Shown one piece after another: positions 1-6,509 of a DNA stretch of 39,022 nucleotides. Position 1 is the first letter of the stretch. The number at the start of each line of letters is the position of its first letter. Source of the DNA: Chloroflexota bacterium (GTDB lineage Bacteria; Chloroflexota; Anaerolineae; Anaerolineales; UBA4823). The stretch is taken from positions 1 to 39,022 of the forward strand of contig JBBIPD010000001.1 in the NCBI GenBank assembly GCA_037443025.1, given 5' to 3'. The position numbers and the translations under genes are program-made. The notes under the pieces are model-generated. The model was not told where the DNA came from. It searched no databases and worked only from the letters and a program-made list of their open reading frames with translations.

Positions 1-303
1 TGATGGGAATTTATAGCTCGACTATCTTGTGTTTTCCCCACACGGGTGGGGGTGGACCATTTACACGGCTTTATCGCTGGCAAAGGAGGTAGTTTTCCCC
101 ACACGCGTGGGGGTGGACCGTCGACGTTTGGCGCGTCCGGATCAGCGAACGCAGTTTTCCCCACACGCGTGGGGGTGGACCTTCGCGGATGTAGAACTGA
201 GCATTCCGCTGGATGTTTTCCCCACACGCGTGGGGGTGGACCCGTGCTCCCCGAGTCGGACATGCGATAACCCCAGTTTTCCCCACACGCGTGGGGGTGG
301 ACC
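1..303 (+). CRISPR. CRISPR array, partial (runs off the 5' edge); 5 copies of 28-nt repeat GTTTTCCCCACACGCGTGGGGGTGGACC, type I-E-like
   Basis: Repeat copies lie at 31-58, 92-119, 154-181, 215-242 and 276-303, with periods of 61/62/61/61 nt. Spacers are unique and 33-34 nt long. The repeat has an internal palindrome CCCCAC/GTGGGG. The copy at 31-58 carries one substitution (CACGGGTG instead of CACGCGTG). Repeat length and sequence resemble the Thermus/E. coli type I-E class (GT..TCCCC.C...GGGG.T..ACC.), recalled from memory. Confidence 0.95.
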
Positions 304-345
304 AATTCGTGGCTGGCAGACCCTTGCCCTTGATCCCTCCTCCTG

Positions 346-354
346 TGCTACAAT
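346..354 (+). promoter_or_regulatory. Candidate extended -10 promoter (TGCTACAAT) for the cupin gene
   Basis: TGnTACAAT lies 47 nt upstream of ATG 401. There is no good -35. GGAGAG at 385-390 is a plausible SD. Confidence 0.3.
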
Positions 355-400
355 CGAGCTGGAGCCTGACCCAAAACGCCGCATGGAGAGTGAATAACCA

Positions 401-772
401 ATGGAGCATGTCATCAACCCCAATCACGTCGAAGAGTGGGCAATCGAAAAACACCAGGGGGTGTTCTCGCGCATGTTGATCGAAGGACAGAATATGACGG
501 TGATGATGACCCGCTGGGAGCCGGGCGCCAGCGCGCCGGAACACACCCATCCCCACGAGCAGAGCGGCATCGTCCTGGCGGGGCAGATCGTCTTCACCAT
601 CAACGGCGTGGATTACCCGGTGAACGCCGGCGAGTTTGTCTACATCCCGCCGGGCGCGCCTCACGCGGAGCGCAACGCCGGCGAGACAACGGCAATACTC
701 ACCGATTTCTTCGCCCCGGCGCGCCAGGACCTGCACCGGCGCCGCTTCCAGCCCAAGATCGTCGCCGAATAG
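401..772 (+). CDS. Cupin domain protein (123 aa)
   Basis: The translation carries cupin motif 1 (PEHTHPHEQSGIVLAG) and motif 2 (GEFVYIPPGAPHAERN). It has single-domain size. Confidence 0.8.
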   Translation: MEHVINPNHVEEWAIEKHQGVFSRMLIEGQNMTVMMTRWEPGASAPEHTHPHEQSGIVLAGQIVFTINGVDYPVNAGEFVYIPPGAPHAERNAGETTAILTDFFAPARQDLHRRRFQPKIVAE

Positions 773-810
773 TGCCCCTCAGAGGTTGCCTTGCCGCCCG
801 GATACCTGCC

Positions 811-2079
811 ATGCTTGCAGGGGCGCAGGATTGTTCTGATCGGCAGGCACCCCAGGGTGGTCGCCCTGACCGGGCGTTGGTTGATCATCCGTCAGACTAT
901 CCCGTGTTGAGCCAGGATTCACCCCCCTCCCCTCCCTCCGGCGGCGAGCCGCGCCCGCTCGACGTGCTGATCATCGGCGGCGGACCGGCGGGCGTCTCCA
1001 CCGCTCTGCACCTGCTCCAACTCGACGTCTCCTGGGCGGGGCGGATGCTGCTAATCGAAAAGCAGACCCACCCGCGGCATAAGCTCTGCGGCGGCGGGCT
1101 GACCTACTTCGGCTTGCGCATCCTGCAGGGGTTGGGCTTTCGCCTGCCGCTGCCTATCCCCCAGGCGCGGGTCGAAGATCTGCGCATCCGCTATAAGGGC
1201 TGGACGGTGCACGCCCGCGGCTATCCCCTGTTCGTGGTCTATCCCCGCGCCGAACTGGACCATTACCTTGTCCGGGCGGCGGGCGAGCGGGGGGTGGAGG
1301 TGCATCAGGATGAGCGCGCCCTCTCCATCCGGGTGGAGGAAGGCGGGGTGCTGGTGGAGACCGATCGGGCGCGCTACCTGGCGCAGACCGTGGTCGGCGC
1401 AGACGGCTCCAAAGGGCTTAGCCGGCGGGCGGTTTATGGCGACCGGGTGAACACGCGGGTGGGGCGAACCCTGGAGGTGGTCTTGCCTGCGCCCGAGACC
1501 GCGCCCCATTTCAGCCAGGCTTTCGCCCTCTTCGATTTCACCCCCCTCGCCCGCCATCTGCAGGGCTACGCCTGGGATTTCCCCTCGCGGCTGGACGGCG
1601 CCCCCGCCTTCAACCGCGGCGTGTACGACGCCCGCTTTTACCGCCGCAGACCCCGGGCGGCGCTCCCCGCCCTGCTGCAGGACTGGCTGGCAACCCTGGA
1701 CGACCCGCAGCGGCTCCAGGCGCAAGGTCATCCCATCCACCTCTTCAGTCCGCGCAACCGTTTCTCTGCGCCGCGCCTGCTGCTGGTGGGCGACGCCGCC
1801 GGCGCCGACCCCCTCTTTGGCGAGGGCATCGCTCCGGCGCTGGGCTACGGGGCGGCGGCGGCAGACGCGATTCGAGACGCCTTCGCCCGGGGCGATTTCT
1901 CCTACCGCGATTACCGGCGCAGGCTGCTCGCCTCCCCGGTTGGGCGTTACCTGCTCCTCCGCTTCGGCGTGGCGTGGTGGAGCTACCGCCTGTGCCGCCT
2001 GCCCGGCTTCATGCCCGCCCTGTGGGCTGCGGCGACCCTGCTGAGCTGGGTTTTGCCCAAACCCAGGGTAGAGGGGTGA
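811..2079 (+). CDS. FAD-dependent oxidoreductase, geranylgeranyl-reductase/FixC-like family
   Basis: This is the frame of track ORF 436-2079, whose 5' part overlaps the cupin gene. The start was therefore moved to the first ATG after the cupin stop (811); GTG 904 is an alternative. The protein has the Rossmann motif DVLIIGGGPAGVS and a LLLVGDAAGADPLFGEGI motif typical of this flavoprotein family. Confidence 0.75.
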   Translation: MLAGAQDCSDRQAPQGGRPDRALVDHPSDYPVLSQDSPPSPPSGGEPRPLDVLIIGGGPAGVSTALHLLQLDVSWAGRMLLIEKQTHPRHKLCGGGLTYFGLRILQGLGFRLPLPIPQARVEDLRIRYKGWTVHARGYPLFVVYPRAELDHYLVRAAGERGVEVHQDERALSIRVEEGGVLVETDRARYLAQTVVGADGSKGLSRRAVYGDRVNTRVGRTLEVVLPAPETAPHFSQAFALFDFTPLARHLQGYAWDFPSRLDGAPAFNRGVYDARFYRRRPRAALPALLQDWLATLDDPQRLQAQGHPIHLFSPRNRFSAPRLLLVGDAAGADPLFGEGIAPALGYGAAAADAIRDAFARGDFSYRDYRRRLLASPVGRYLLLRFGVAWWSYRLCRLPGFMPALWAAATLLSWVLPKPRVEG

Positions 2080-2094
2080 GGTTTCCGAAGAGCC

Positions 2095-2129
2095 AGGGTC
2101 TACCCTTGAAGCGATTTAGGGTAGACCCT
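2095..2129. repeat. Inverted pair of the GGGTCTACCC motif (12-bp arms AGGGTCTACCCT / AGGGTAGACCCT, 11-nt spacer)
   Basis: Core copies lie at 2096-2105 (forward) and 2119-2128 (reverse). This is the first of four clusters of the same motif bracketing the antirepressor-parA-RHH module. Confidence 0.85.
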
Positions 2130-2184
2130 TATTCGCCCATCGCCTGGAGCGAGGGGAGCGGGAGCCTTTAAATGCGAACTATTG

Positions 2185-2193
2185 TGCTATAAT
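2185..2193 (+). promoter_or_regulatory. Candidate extended -10 promoter (TGCTATAAT) upstream of the antirepressor-like gene
   Basis: A perfect TGnTATAAT lies about 97 nt upstream of ATG 2290. It is followed by an imperfect hairpin GGGGATGTCCA..TGGACACCCC (about 2201-2229) in the leader. Confidence 0.4.
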
Positions 2194-2289
2194 CACCTGA
2201 AGGGGATGTCCATAATGGACACCCCCTTTAGGCGGCATTCTCAAACCACAGCGACAAGCTTCCTGTTTTCAATGTAGAGAGGAAACCCG

Positions 2290-3153
2290 ATGGACAACAT
2301 GCCTGTCTTCCCCTTGCAACCGCTCAGAGAGCGCAGTTTTGTGTTTCGGGGAAAAGAGATCAAAACCGCTGACCTGCCCGATAACCAGGGCTATGTTTCA
2401 TTTTATAGTCTGTGCGACGCCTTTGGTTTGGATCGGCGGGCGCAGAAAAAAAGATTGGAACGCCAGGGCGGTTATTTTCGCGAGTACACTGCCCTGATCA
2501 CGCTCTCCACCCCCGGCGGTCCGCAGGCTACCCTGTGCCTGCTGGCGGCGGCGGTGCCGCTTTTTCTGACCGGCGTGCAGTTGGAGCGGGTGGCAGATGT
2601 GCAAGCGCGCGAGCTGTTGCGCGCCTTCCTGGATGAGGCTTTGGATGTGCTGGCAGAGCATTTTGGCATCTCGGAGCGCGGCGAGATGCGCTTCCTGCGC
2701 GAGGCGGTGGCGCGCATGGTGGCGGAGCAGGAGGCTTTTGATGCCCGCATTGAGGGCATCGAAAAAAAAGTAGAGGCGGAGCTGGCGGAGATTCGCCAGG
2801 CGCAGGATGAGAAGGTGCAGCAAATCCGCGAGGCCTTTGCCGGGCTGCGCGGAGAAGTGCGCCAGATTGGCGGACCCAAGGAACGCCTGACGCCTGAGCA
2901 GCTGGGTCAGCTCCGCGAGACGGTCAACACCCTGGGGGTGATGCTGCAAGAGCTGGGTGAAACGAACCCCTACGCAGGGATTTACGCCTCCATCTTCCGC
3001 ATGACCGGCATTGCCCGCTCGGAGCATATAGCCCAGCAGGATTTCCCGCGCGTGCTGGCGTTTCTGGACAAACAGATTGAAGCGGTGAGCAAGCGGCTGG
3101 AAGCGCAACGAGCGAAGAACTCAACTGAAGCCGGTGAGACCGATAGCCGTTAA
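2290..3153 (+). CDS. Phage antirepressor-like protein (P22_AR N-terminal-like domain, coiled-coil middle, ORF11CD3-like C-terminus)
   Basis: The N-terminus FVFRGKEIKTADLPDNQGYVSFYSLCDAFGLDRRAQKKRLER...GGPQATLCLLAAAVPLFLTGVQLERV follows the P22 antirepressor N-domain pattern, recalled from memory. The middle is rich in E/A/R/Q heptads. GAGAGG SD sits upstream of the ATG. Confidence 0.55.
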   Translation: MDNMPVFPLQPLRERSFVFRGKEIKTADLPDNQGYVSFYSLCDAFGLDRRAQKKRLERQGGYFREYTALITLSTPGGPQATLCLLAAAVPLFLTGVQLERVADVQARELLRAFLDEALDVLAEHFGISERGEMRFLREAVARMVAEQEAFDARIEGIEKKVEAELAEIRQAQDEKVQQIREAFAGLRGEVRQIGGPKERLTPEQLGQLRETVNTLGVMLQELGETNPYAGIYASIFRMTGIARSEHIAQQDFPRVLAFLDKQIEAVSKRLEAQRAKNSTEAGETDSR

Positions 3154-3180
3154 CTGTCGAGTCAGCAGTAAATAAACATC

Positions 3181-3209
3181 AAGGGTCTACCCTTTGTGGG
3201 TAGACCCTT
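3181..3209. repeat. Perfect hairpin-forming inverted pair of the GGGTCTACCC motif (AAGGGTCTACCC tttgt GGGTAGACCCTT)
   Basis: Core copies lie at 3183-3192 and 3198-3207. The 12-bp arms are perfect, and the pair starts 28 nt after the stop of 2290-3153. Confidence 0.85.
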
Positions 3210-3241
3210 GATGTGATCTCGGGCATGCTGCGCTCCTGGAG

Positions 3242-3309
3242 ATGCGGGGCTGTGATGACCCCGCATGTGGGGATTGGGGTGAAGATGCGGGGTCATGGCG
3301 ACCCTGCAT
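3242..3309 (+). repeat. Two tandem hairpins (ATGCGGGG..CCCCGCAT at 3242-3266; ATGCGGGGTC..GACCCTGCAT at 3285-3309), 43-nt period
   Basis: Direct repeat of AGATGCGGGG...CATGTG units, each internally palindromic. Non-coding position. Confidence 0.6.
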
Positions 3310-3343
3310 GTGTCGCATTATAGCACGCGGGGCATACTTGCGG

Positions 3344-3367
3344 AGACCTCTCAAGAGGTTTTTTTTC
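3344..3367 (+). terminator. Intrinsic terminator-like stem-loop followed by a T8 run
   Basis: Sequence is AGACCTC tcaa GAGGTTT followed by TTTTTT. The T-run is only on the plus strand. It lies about 190 nt downstream of the 2290-3153 stop. Confidence 0.5.
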
Positions 3368-3386
3368 CAGCCGGGTATAAAGCGTA

Positions 3387-3406
3387 GAACAGGCTTTAGC
3401 CTGTTC
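3387..3406. repeat. REP-like palindrome GAACAGGCT tt AGCCTGTTC
   Basis: Perfect 9-bp arms. It has the same architecture as AACCGGCT tt AGCCGGTT at 33653-33670. Confidence 0.6.
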
Positions 3407-3466
3407 ACACCATAAGAATTCAGGCTGGTGGGGGAGCGCCTTTCAGCGGGCTTTCTGCGGCTTTAT

Positions 3467-3558
3467 GGGTCTACCCTTATTTTCTCTTTGGGTAGACCTT
3501 TTAGGGTCTACCTTGACAAAATATAGGTAGACCCTGTATAATGCCTTTGGGTCTACCC
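3467..3558. repeat. Iteron-like cluster: five alternating-orientation copies of GGGTCTACCC
   Basis: Copies lie at 3467-3476 (forward), 3490-3499 (reverse, 9/10), 3504-3513 (forward, 9/10), 3525-3534 (reverse, 9/10) and 3549-3558 (forward). Confidence 0.85.
3513..3542 (+). promoter_or_regulatory. Near-consensus sigma70-type promoter TTGACA-18 nt-TATAAT embedded in the iteron cluster
   Basis: TTGACA lies at 3513-3518 and TATAAT at 3537-3542. One motif copy (3525-3534) sits in the spacer and others flank both hexamers. The promoter points toward parA (ATG 3901). Confidence 0.55.
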
Positions 3559-3593
3559 TTGATAAACGTTCGGCGCCTTTTCCGCGATCGCTT

Positions 3594-3823
3594 TTCCCCT
3601 CCTGCTCCCCGGGGTGGGGGAGGGGAAAGGATTCACCGCTGAGACGCAGAGAACGCGGAGGTTAAAGATCAATGCTGAGTAAGCTGAGTTTTTATGTAAT
3701 CCCTCCGCCACATGGGCATCGAATGAATTCGACGCCTGATATGGAAAACAGGCTGAAGCATGTTGGAATCTGTAACCCGTTTCAACGGGTTTGGGGATGG
3801 CAGCCCGCAATTCATTCGCGGGC
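3594..3823. repeat. Cluster of short REP-like hairpins in the parA leader
   Basis: Four hairpins: TTCCCCTCC..GGAGGGGAA (3594-3627); GCATCGAAT ga ATTCGACGCC (about 3716-3736), an inverted copy of the element at 33579-33602; AACCCGTT tc AACGGGTT (3774-3791); GCCCGC..GCGGGC (3803-3823). Confidence 0.55.
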
Positions 3824-3900
3824 GATGCGCTAGCCACATGCACGGCGCTGAAAAAACCCTGCGCGCTTTGTAAACTCTGTGGTAAAAAAAGGATTTTTTT

Positions 3901-4689
3901 ATGACGGTTTTTGCGGTTGTCAATCAAAAAGGCGGGGTGGGCAAGACGGTGACCGCGGTCAACCTGGCGCACGGTTTCGCCCTGCGCGGCTATCGCACCC
4001 TGTTGGTGGACCTCGACCCGCAGGGCAATGTCGCCGACTGCCTGGGGCTTCCCCCCGGCAATGACCTCTACCGCCTGATCTTCCCCGACGACGCGGTGCG
4101 CCTGCCCCTGGCGCTGGCAGCCTGCGGCAGCGGTCGGGAGAACCTGGACGTGGTGCGCTCCGACCGCTCCAGCGCCAATCTGAAGGTCGCCATCGGCTCG
4201 CTGCCCGGACCGCGCGAGTTCATCCTGGATGATGTCCTGGTCAACGCGCCCTACGAGGTCGTCATCCTGGATTGCGCCCCCTCGGTGGACATTTTGCACA
4301 CCCTGGCGGTGGTGGCGGCGCACTATCTGCTCATCCCCACCCGCCTCGACCAACTGGCGGTGAAGGGCGTGCGGGATATGCTCGCCACGCTCAAGTCGCT
4401 GGAGCGGGTGACCACCTGCCAGCTCGGCGCCATCATCCCCACCTTTTACGACCGCACCACCAACGAGAGCTACCTGCAGCTCAAGCACCTGGTGAAGAAT
4501 TTTCAAAACTACGTCTGGCCTCCCATCCCCCAGGACGTGGTCTGCCGCGAGTCCACCCGCTTCGGCAAGACCCTGTGGGAATACGCCCCCAACACGCGCG
4601 CCCTGACCGGCTACACCGATCGGGCGGGGAGGTTGATTGGCGGCTACCGCCAGATCGTTGAGCGGGTGGAGGAAGGATTGATGCAATGA
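3901..4689 (+). CDS. parA: ParA/Soj-family partition ATPase (262 aa)
   Basis: Deviant Walker A VNQKGGVGKTVTAVNLA, then LLVDLDPQGN, then Walker B-like VILDCAPS. The stop overlaps the next start (ATGA at 4686-4689). Confidence 0.9.
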   Translation: MTVFAVVNQKGGVGKTVTAVNLAHGFALRGYRTLLVDLDPQGNVADCLGLPPGNDLYRLIFPDDAVRLPLALAACGSGRENLDVVRSDRSSANLKVAIGSLPGPREFILDDVLVNAPYEVVILDCAPSVDILHTLAVVAAHYLLIPTRLDQLAVKGVRDMLATLKSLERVTTCQLGAIIPTFYDRTTNESYLQLKHLVKNFQNYVWPPIPQDVVCRESTRFGKTLWEYAPNTRALTGYTDRAGRLIGGYRQIVERVEEGLMQ

Positions 4690-5141
4690 GCCCAGCCAAG
4701 CGCCAGCCCAAGGACGATGAAGACAGCTTCATCCGTTTTGAAGAAGCGCCGCCCATGCCCGACCCCGCTGTGAGCGCCCTGTTGGCGCGCACCGAGCGCC
4801 GCCAGGCGGAGGCGCACCTGAGTCACAAGGAGCGGGAGAAGAAGAAGAAAGAGCGGGAGAAGATCCGCGCCCGCCGTCCCTATCACACCACCTATGACCT
4901 GCCGGTGGAGTTGCGCCAGCGCATCAAGGAACTGGCGGAGCAGCACGGCGTGCCTGCCAGCCAGCTCGCCACCCTGGGTTTGCTGCGCTTTGTGGAGGAC
5001 CTGGCGGCGCGGCGGCTGGACCTGACGGCGCATAAAGTGCCCTCGCGCAGCCCGCGCTACGACTTCAACCTGGTGATTTCGATGGAAGAGTACCCCGCCA
5101 CCTTTGCCGTCCCGCGGCGGGGCAAGAGGAAGCAGTCTTAG
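4686..5141 (+). CDS. Ribbon-helix-helix (CopG/ParG-like) protein, putative centromere-binding partner of ParA (151 aa)
   Basis: Translationally coupled to parA. It has a K/E/R-rich N-terminal tail. The RHH pattern is TTYDLPVELRQRIKELAEQHGVPASQLATLGLLRFVEDL (beta strand plus two helices). The stop codon abuts a GGGTCTACC motif. Confidence 0.6.
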   Translation: MSPAKRQPKDDEDSFIRFEEAPPMPDPAVSALLARTERRQAEAHLSHKEREKKKKEREKIRARRPYHTTYDLPVELRQRIKELAEQHGVPASQLATLGLLRFVEDLAARRLDLTAHKVPSRSPRYDFNLVISMEEYPATFAVPRRGKRKQS

Positions 5142-5165
5142 GGTCTACCTTATAGGGTAGACCCT
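5140..5165. repeat. Inverted pair of the GGGTCTACCC motif at the 3' end of the partition module
   Basis: Copies lie at 5141-5150 (forward, 9/10) and 5155-5164 (reverse), with a 4-nt gap between the cores. It overlaps the TAG stop at 5139-5141. Confidence 0.8.
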
Positions 5166-5223
5166 GAATCGCGGTTTGCAAAACTTGAGATGCGCCTTCC
5201 CCAATCGGATTATAATCAACCCT

Positions 5224-5505
5224 ATGGACAGGGATTTGCTCATCCAGCGCCTGCAAGTAGCTTTATCCGCCGTTCCGGGCGTTTGCCTGGGATACCTGTT
5301 TGGCTCGCAGGTGGGTGAGGCGACCGGTCCGATGAGCGACGTAGATTTAGGCGTTGTGCTGGAGGGCGCTGAAGGTAGTCTCGAGGTCCAATCGGCGCTG
5401 TCTCACCAATTGGGAAAGGTGGTCCAGCCGTTGCCCATTGATGTGATTCTTCTCAGAGATGCGCCGAAAGACAACCTTGACAACCCAGACCAGGAGTCGC
5501 GATGA
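5224..5505 (+). pseudogene. MNT-type minimal nucleotidyltransferase, apparently C-terminally truncated (93 aa)
   Basis: GYLFGSQVGEATGPMSDVDLGVVL matches the GS-x9-12-D-x-D polymerase-beta-type NTase motif. The usual C-terminal helix after IDVILLRDAP is replaced by KDNLDNPDQESR. The ORF ends in an ATGA overlap with the next gene. No HEPN partner is present. ATG 5224 is preferred over the track start 5176. Confidence 0.5.
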
Positions 5506-6155
5506 CAGACGTTCAACCTGAAGGATATCTCGCTCTGCCCCATGCGGGCGAGGGTCCGGGCGTGCTGGTGCTGCACGCCTGGTGGGGCTTGAGCGACGCC
5601 ATCAAAGATTTTTGCGACCGGCTGGCAGGGGAGGGTTTCACGGCATACGCGCCCGATCTGTACCACGGCAGCCTGGCGAGCAGCATCGCCGAAGCCGAGG
5701 CATTGAGGGACGAACTGGATTTGAACGCGGGGCGCGCCGAAGCCGATATTGCCCAGGCGGCGGATTATCTCAGCCGGCGCGCCCAACCGCCAGGGGGCGG
5801 GATGGGTGTGGTGGGGTTCTCGCTGGGCGCCTACTATGCGCTCAAGTTTTCGGTGGAAGCTCCCCAGCTCGTGCGCGCCGTGGTGCTATTCTATGGCAGC
5901 GGCGGAGGGGATTTCAGCCAGGCGCGGGCGGCTTACCTGGGGCACTTCGCCGAGAATGACCCCTATGAGCCGCCGGAGGCGGTGGACTGGCTGGAAGGAG
6001 AGCTTAAATCCGCCGGTCGTCCGGCGACATTCTATCGTTATGCCGGCGTGGGGCACTGGTTTTGCGAGCCAGATCGCCCCGAGGCATACAACGAAGCCGC
6101 CGCCCGGCTCGCCCGGCGACGGACGGTGGAATTTCTGCGGGAGGCGCTTGAATAG
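5502..6155 (+). CDS. Dienelactone hydrolase family protein (217 aa)
   Basis: Has GVLVLHAWWGL, the nucleophile elbow VVGFSLGAYY and a C-terminal GVGHWF histidine, as in the alpha/beta-hydrolase DLH family. Confidence 0.8.
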   Translation: MTDVQPEGYLALPHAGEGPGVLVLHAWWGLSDAIKDFCDRLAGEGFTAYAPDLYHGSLASSIAEAEALRDELDLNAGRAEADIAQAADYLSRRAQPPGGGMGVVGFSLGAYYALKFSVEAPQLVRAVVLFYGSGGGDFSQARAAYLGHFAENDPYEPPEAVDWLEGELKSAGRPATFYRYAGVGHWFCEPDRPEAYNEAAARLARRRTVEFLREALE

Positions 6156-6378
6156 AGAAAAGGGCATTTCGTATAGTATATTCGCATAGCCATTTACCCC
6201 CAACAGAGACGACAAGCAGTCAACAGACACGCGCAGCATAAGGTAAATCAAACAGGCGCAGTTCCCGACCGGTTCCTCCAAGCGCGTCGCGAGAGCGATC
6301 GTATCAATCTACCCTAGCATTATGGAGAATGGGTGGGTCGAATTTCTTTTAATCCGTTAAGGTATCGTTAACCATATA

Positions 6379-6407
6379 TTGCAATATTATGACATTCATG
6401 GTAATAA
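6379..6407 (+). promoter_or_regulatory. Candidate promoter TTGCAA-17 nt-TAATAA in the AT-rich region ahead of the nine-gene operon
   Basis: TTGCAA lies at 6379-6384 and TAATAA at 6402-6407, about 100 nt upstream of ATG 6510. This is a hexamer match only. Confidence 0.3.
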
Positions 6408-6509
6408 TAGACAGATTTCTCAAAGCGGCAACACCGATCGCCGCCCAGGCGCCGATCGAGTGCGATTTCTCAGCCTGTTCTCTCTCAATAGTTGATATGG
6501 AGGCAAAAT

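Noticed and set aside
29-736. Track ORFs 29-397, 46-270, 213-479 (+) and 71-736, 142-423 (-) overlapping the CRISPR array.
   Set aside because: Their translations are dominated by the repeated peptide from the CRISPR repeat (FPHTRGGGP / PPRVWGK). They are artefacts of translating the array.
436-810. The 5' 375 nt of track ORF 436-2079 (N-terminal extension of the oxidoreductase).
   Set aside because: It overlaps almost the whole cupin gene in another frame. It is Arg/Gly/Pro-rich, typical of an off-frame high-GC translation. The Rossmann motif begins far downstream.
3553-4686. 377-aa minus-strand ORF antisense to parA.
   Set aside because: It is the mirror of a confidently identified ParA gene. 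The sequence is low-complexity G/A/V/R-rich with no motif, which marks a shadow ORF in high-GC DNA.
6300-6345. TCTACCCT half-match to the GGGTCTACCC motif (about 6307-6314) and a GGGTCGAAT T-loop-like string (about 6333).
   Set aside because: The half-site lacks the GGG arm and any inverted partner. No acceptor or anticodon stems can be drawn around the T-loop-like string, so it is neither an iteron nor a tRNA.
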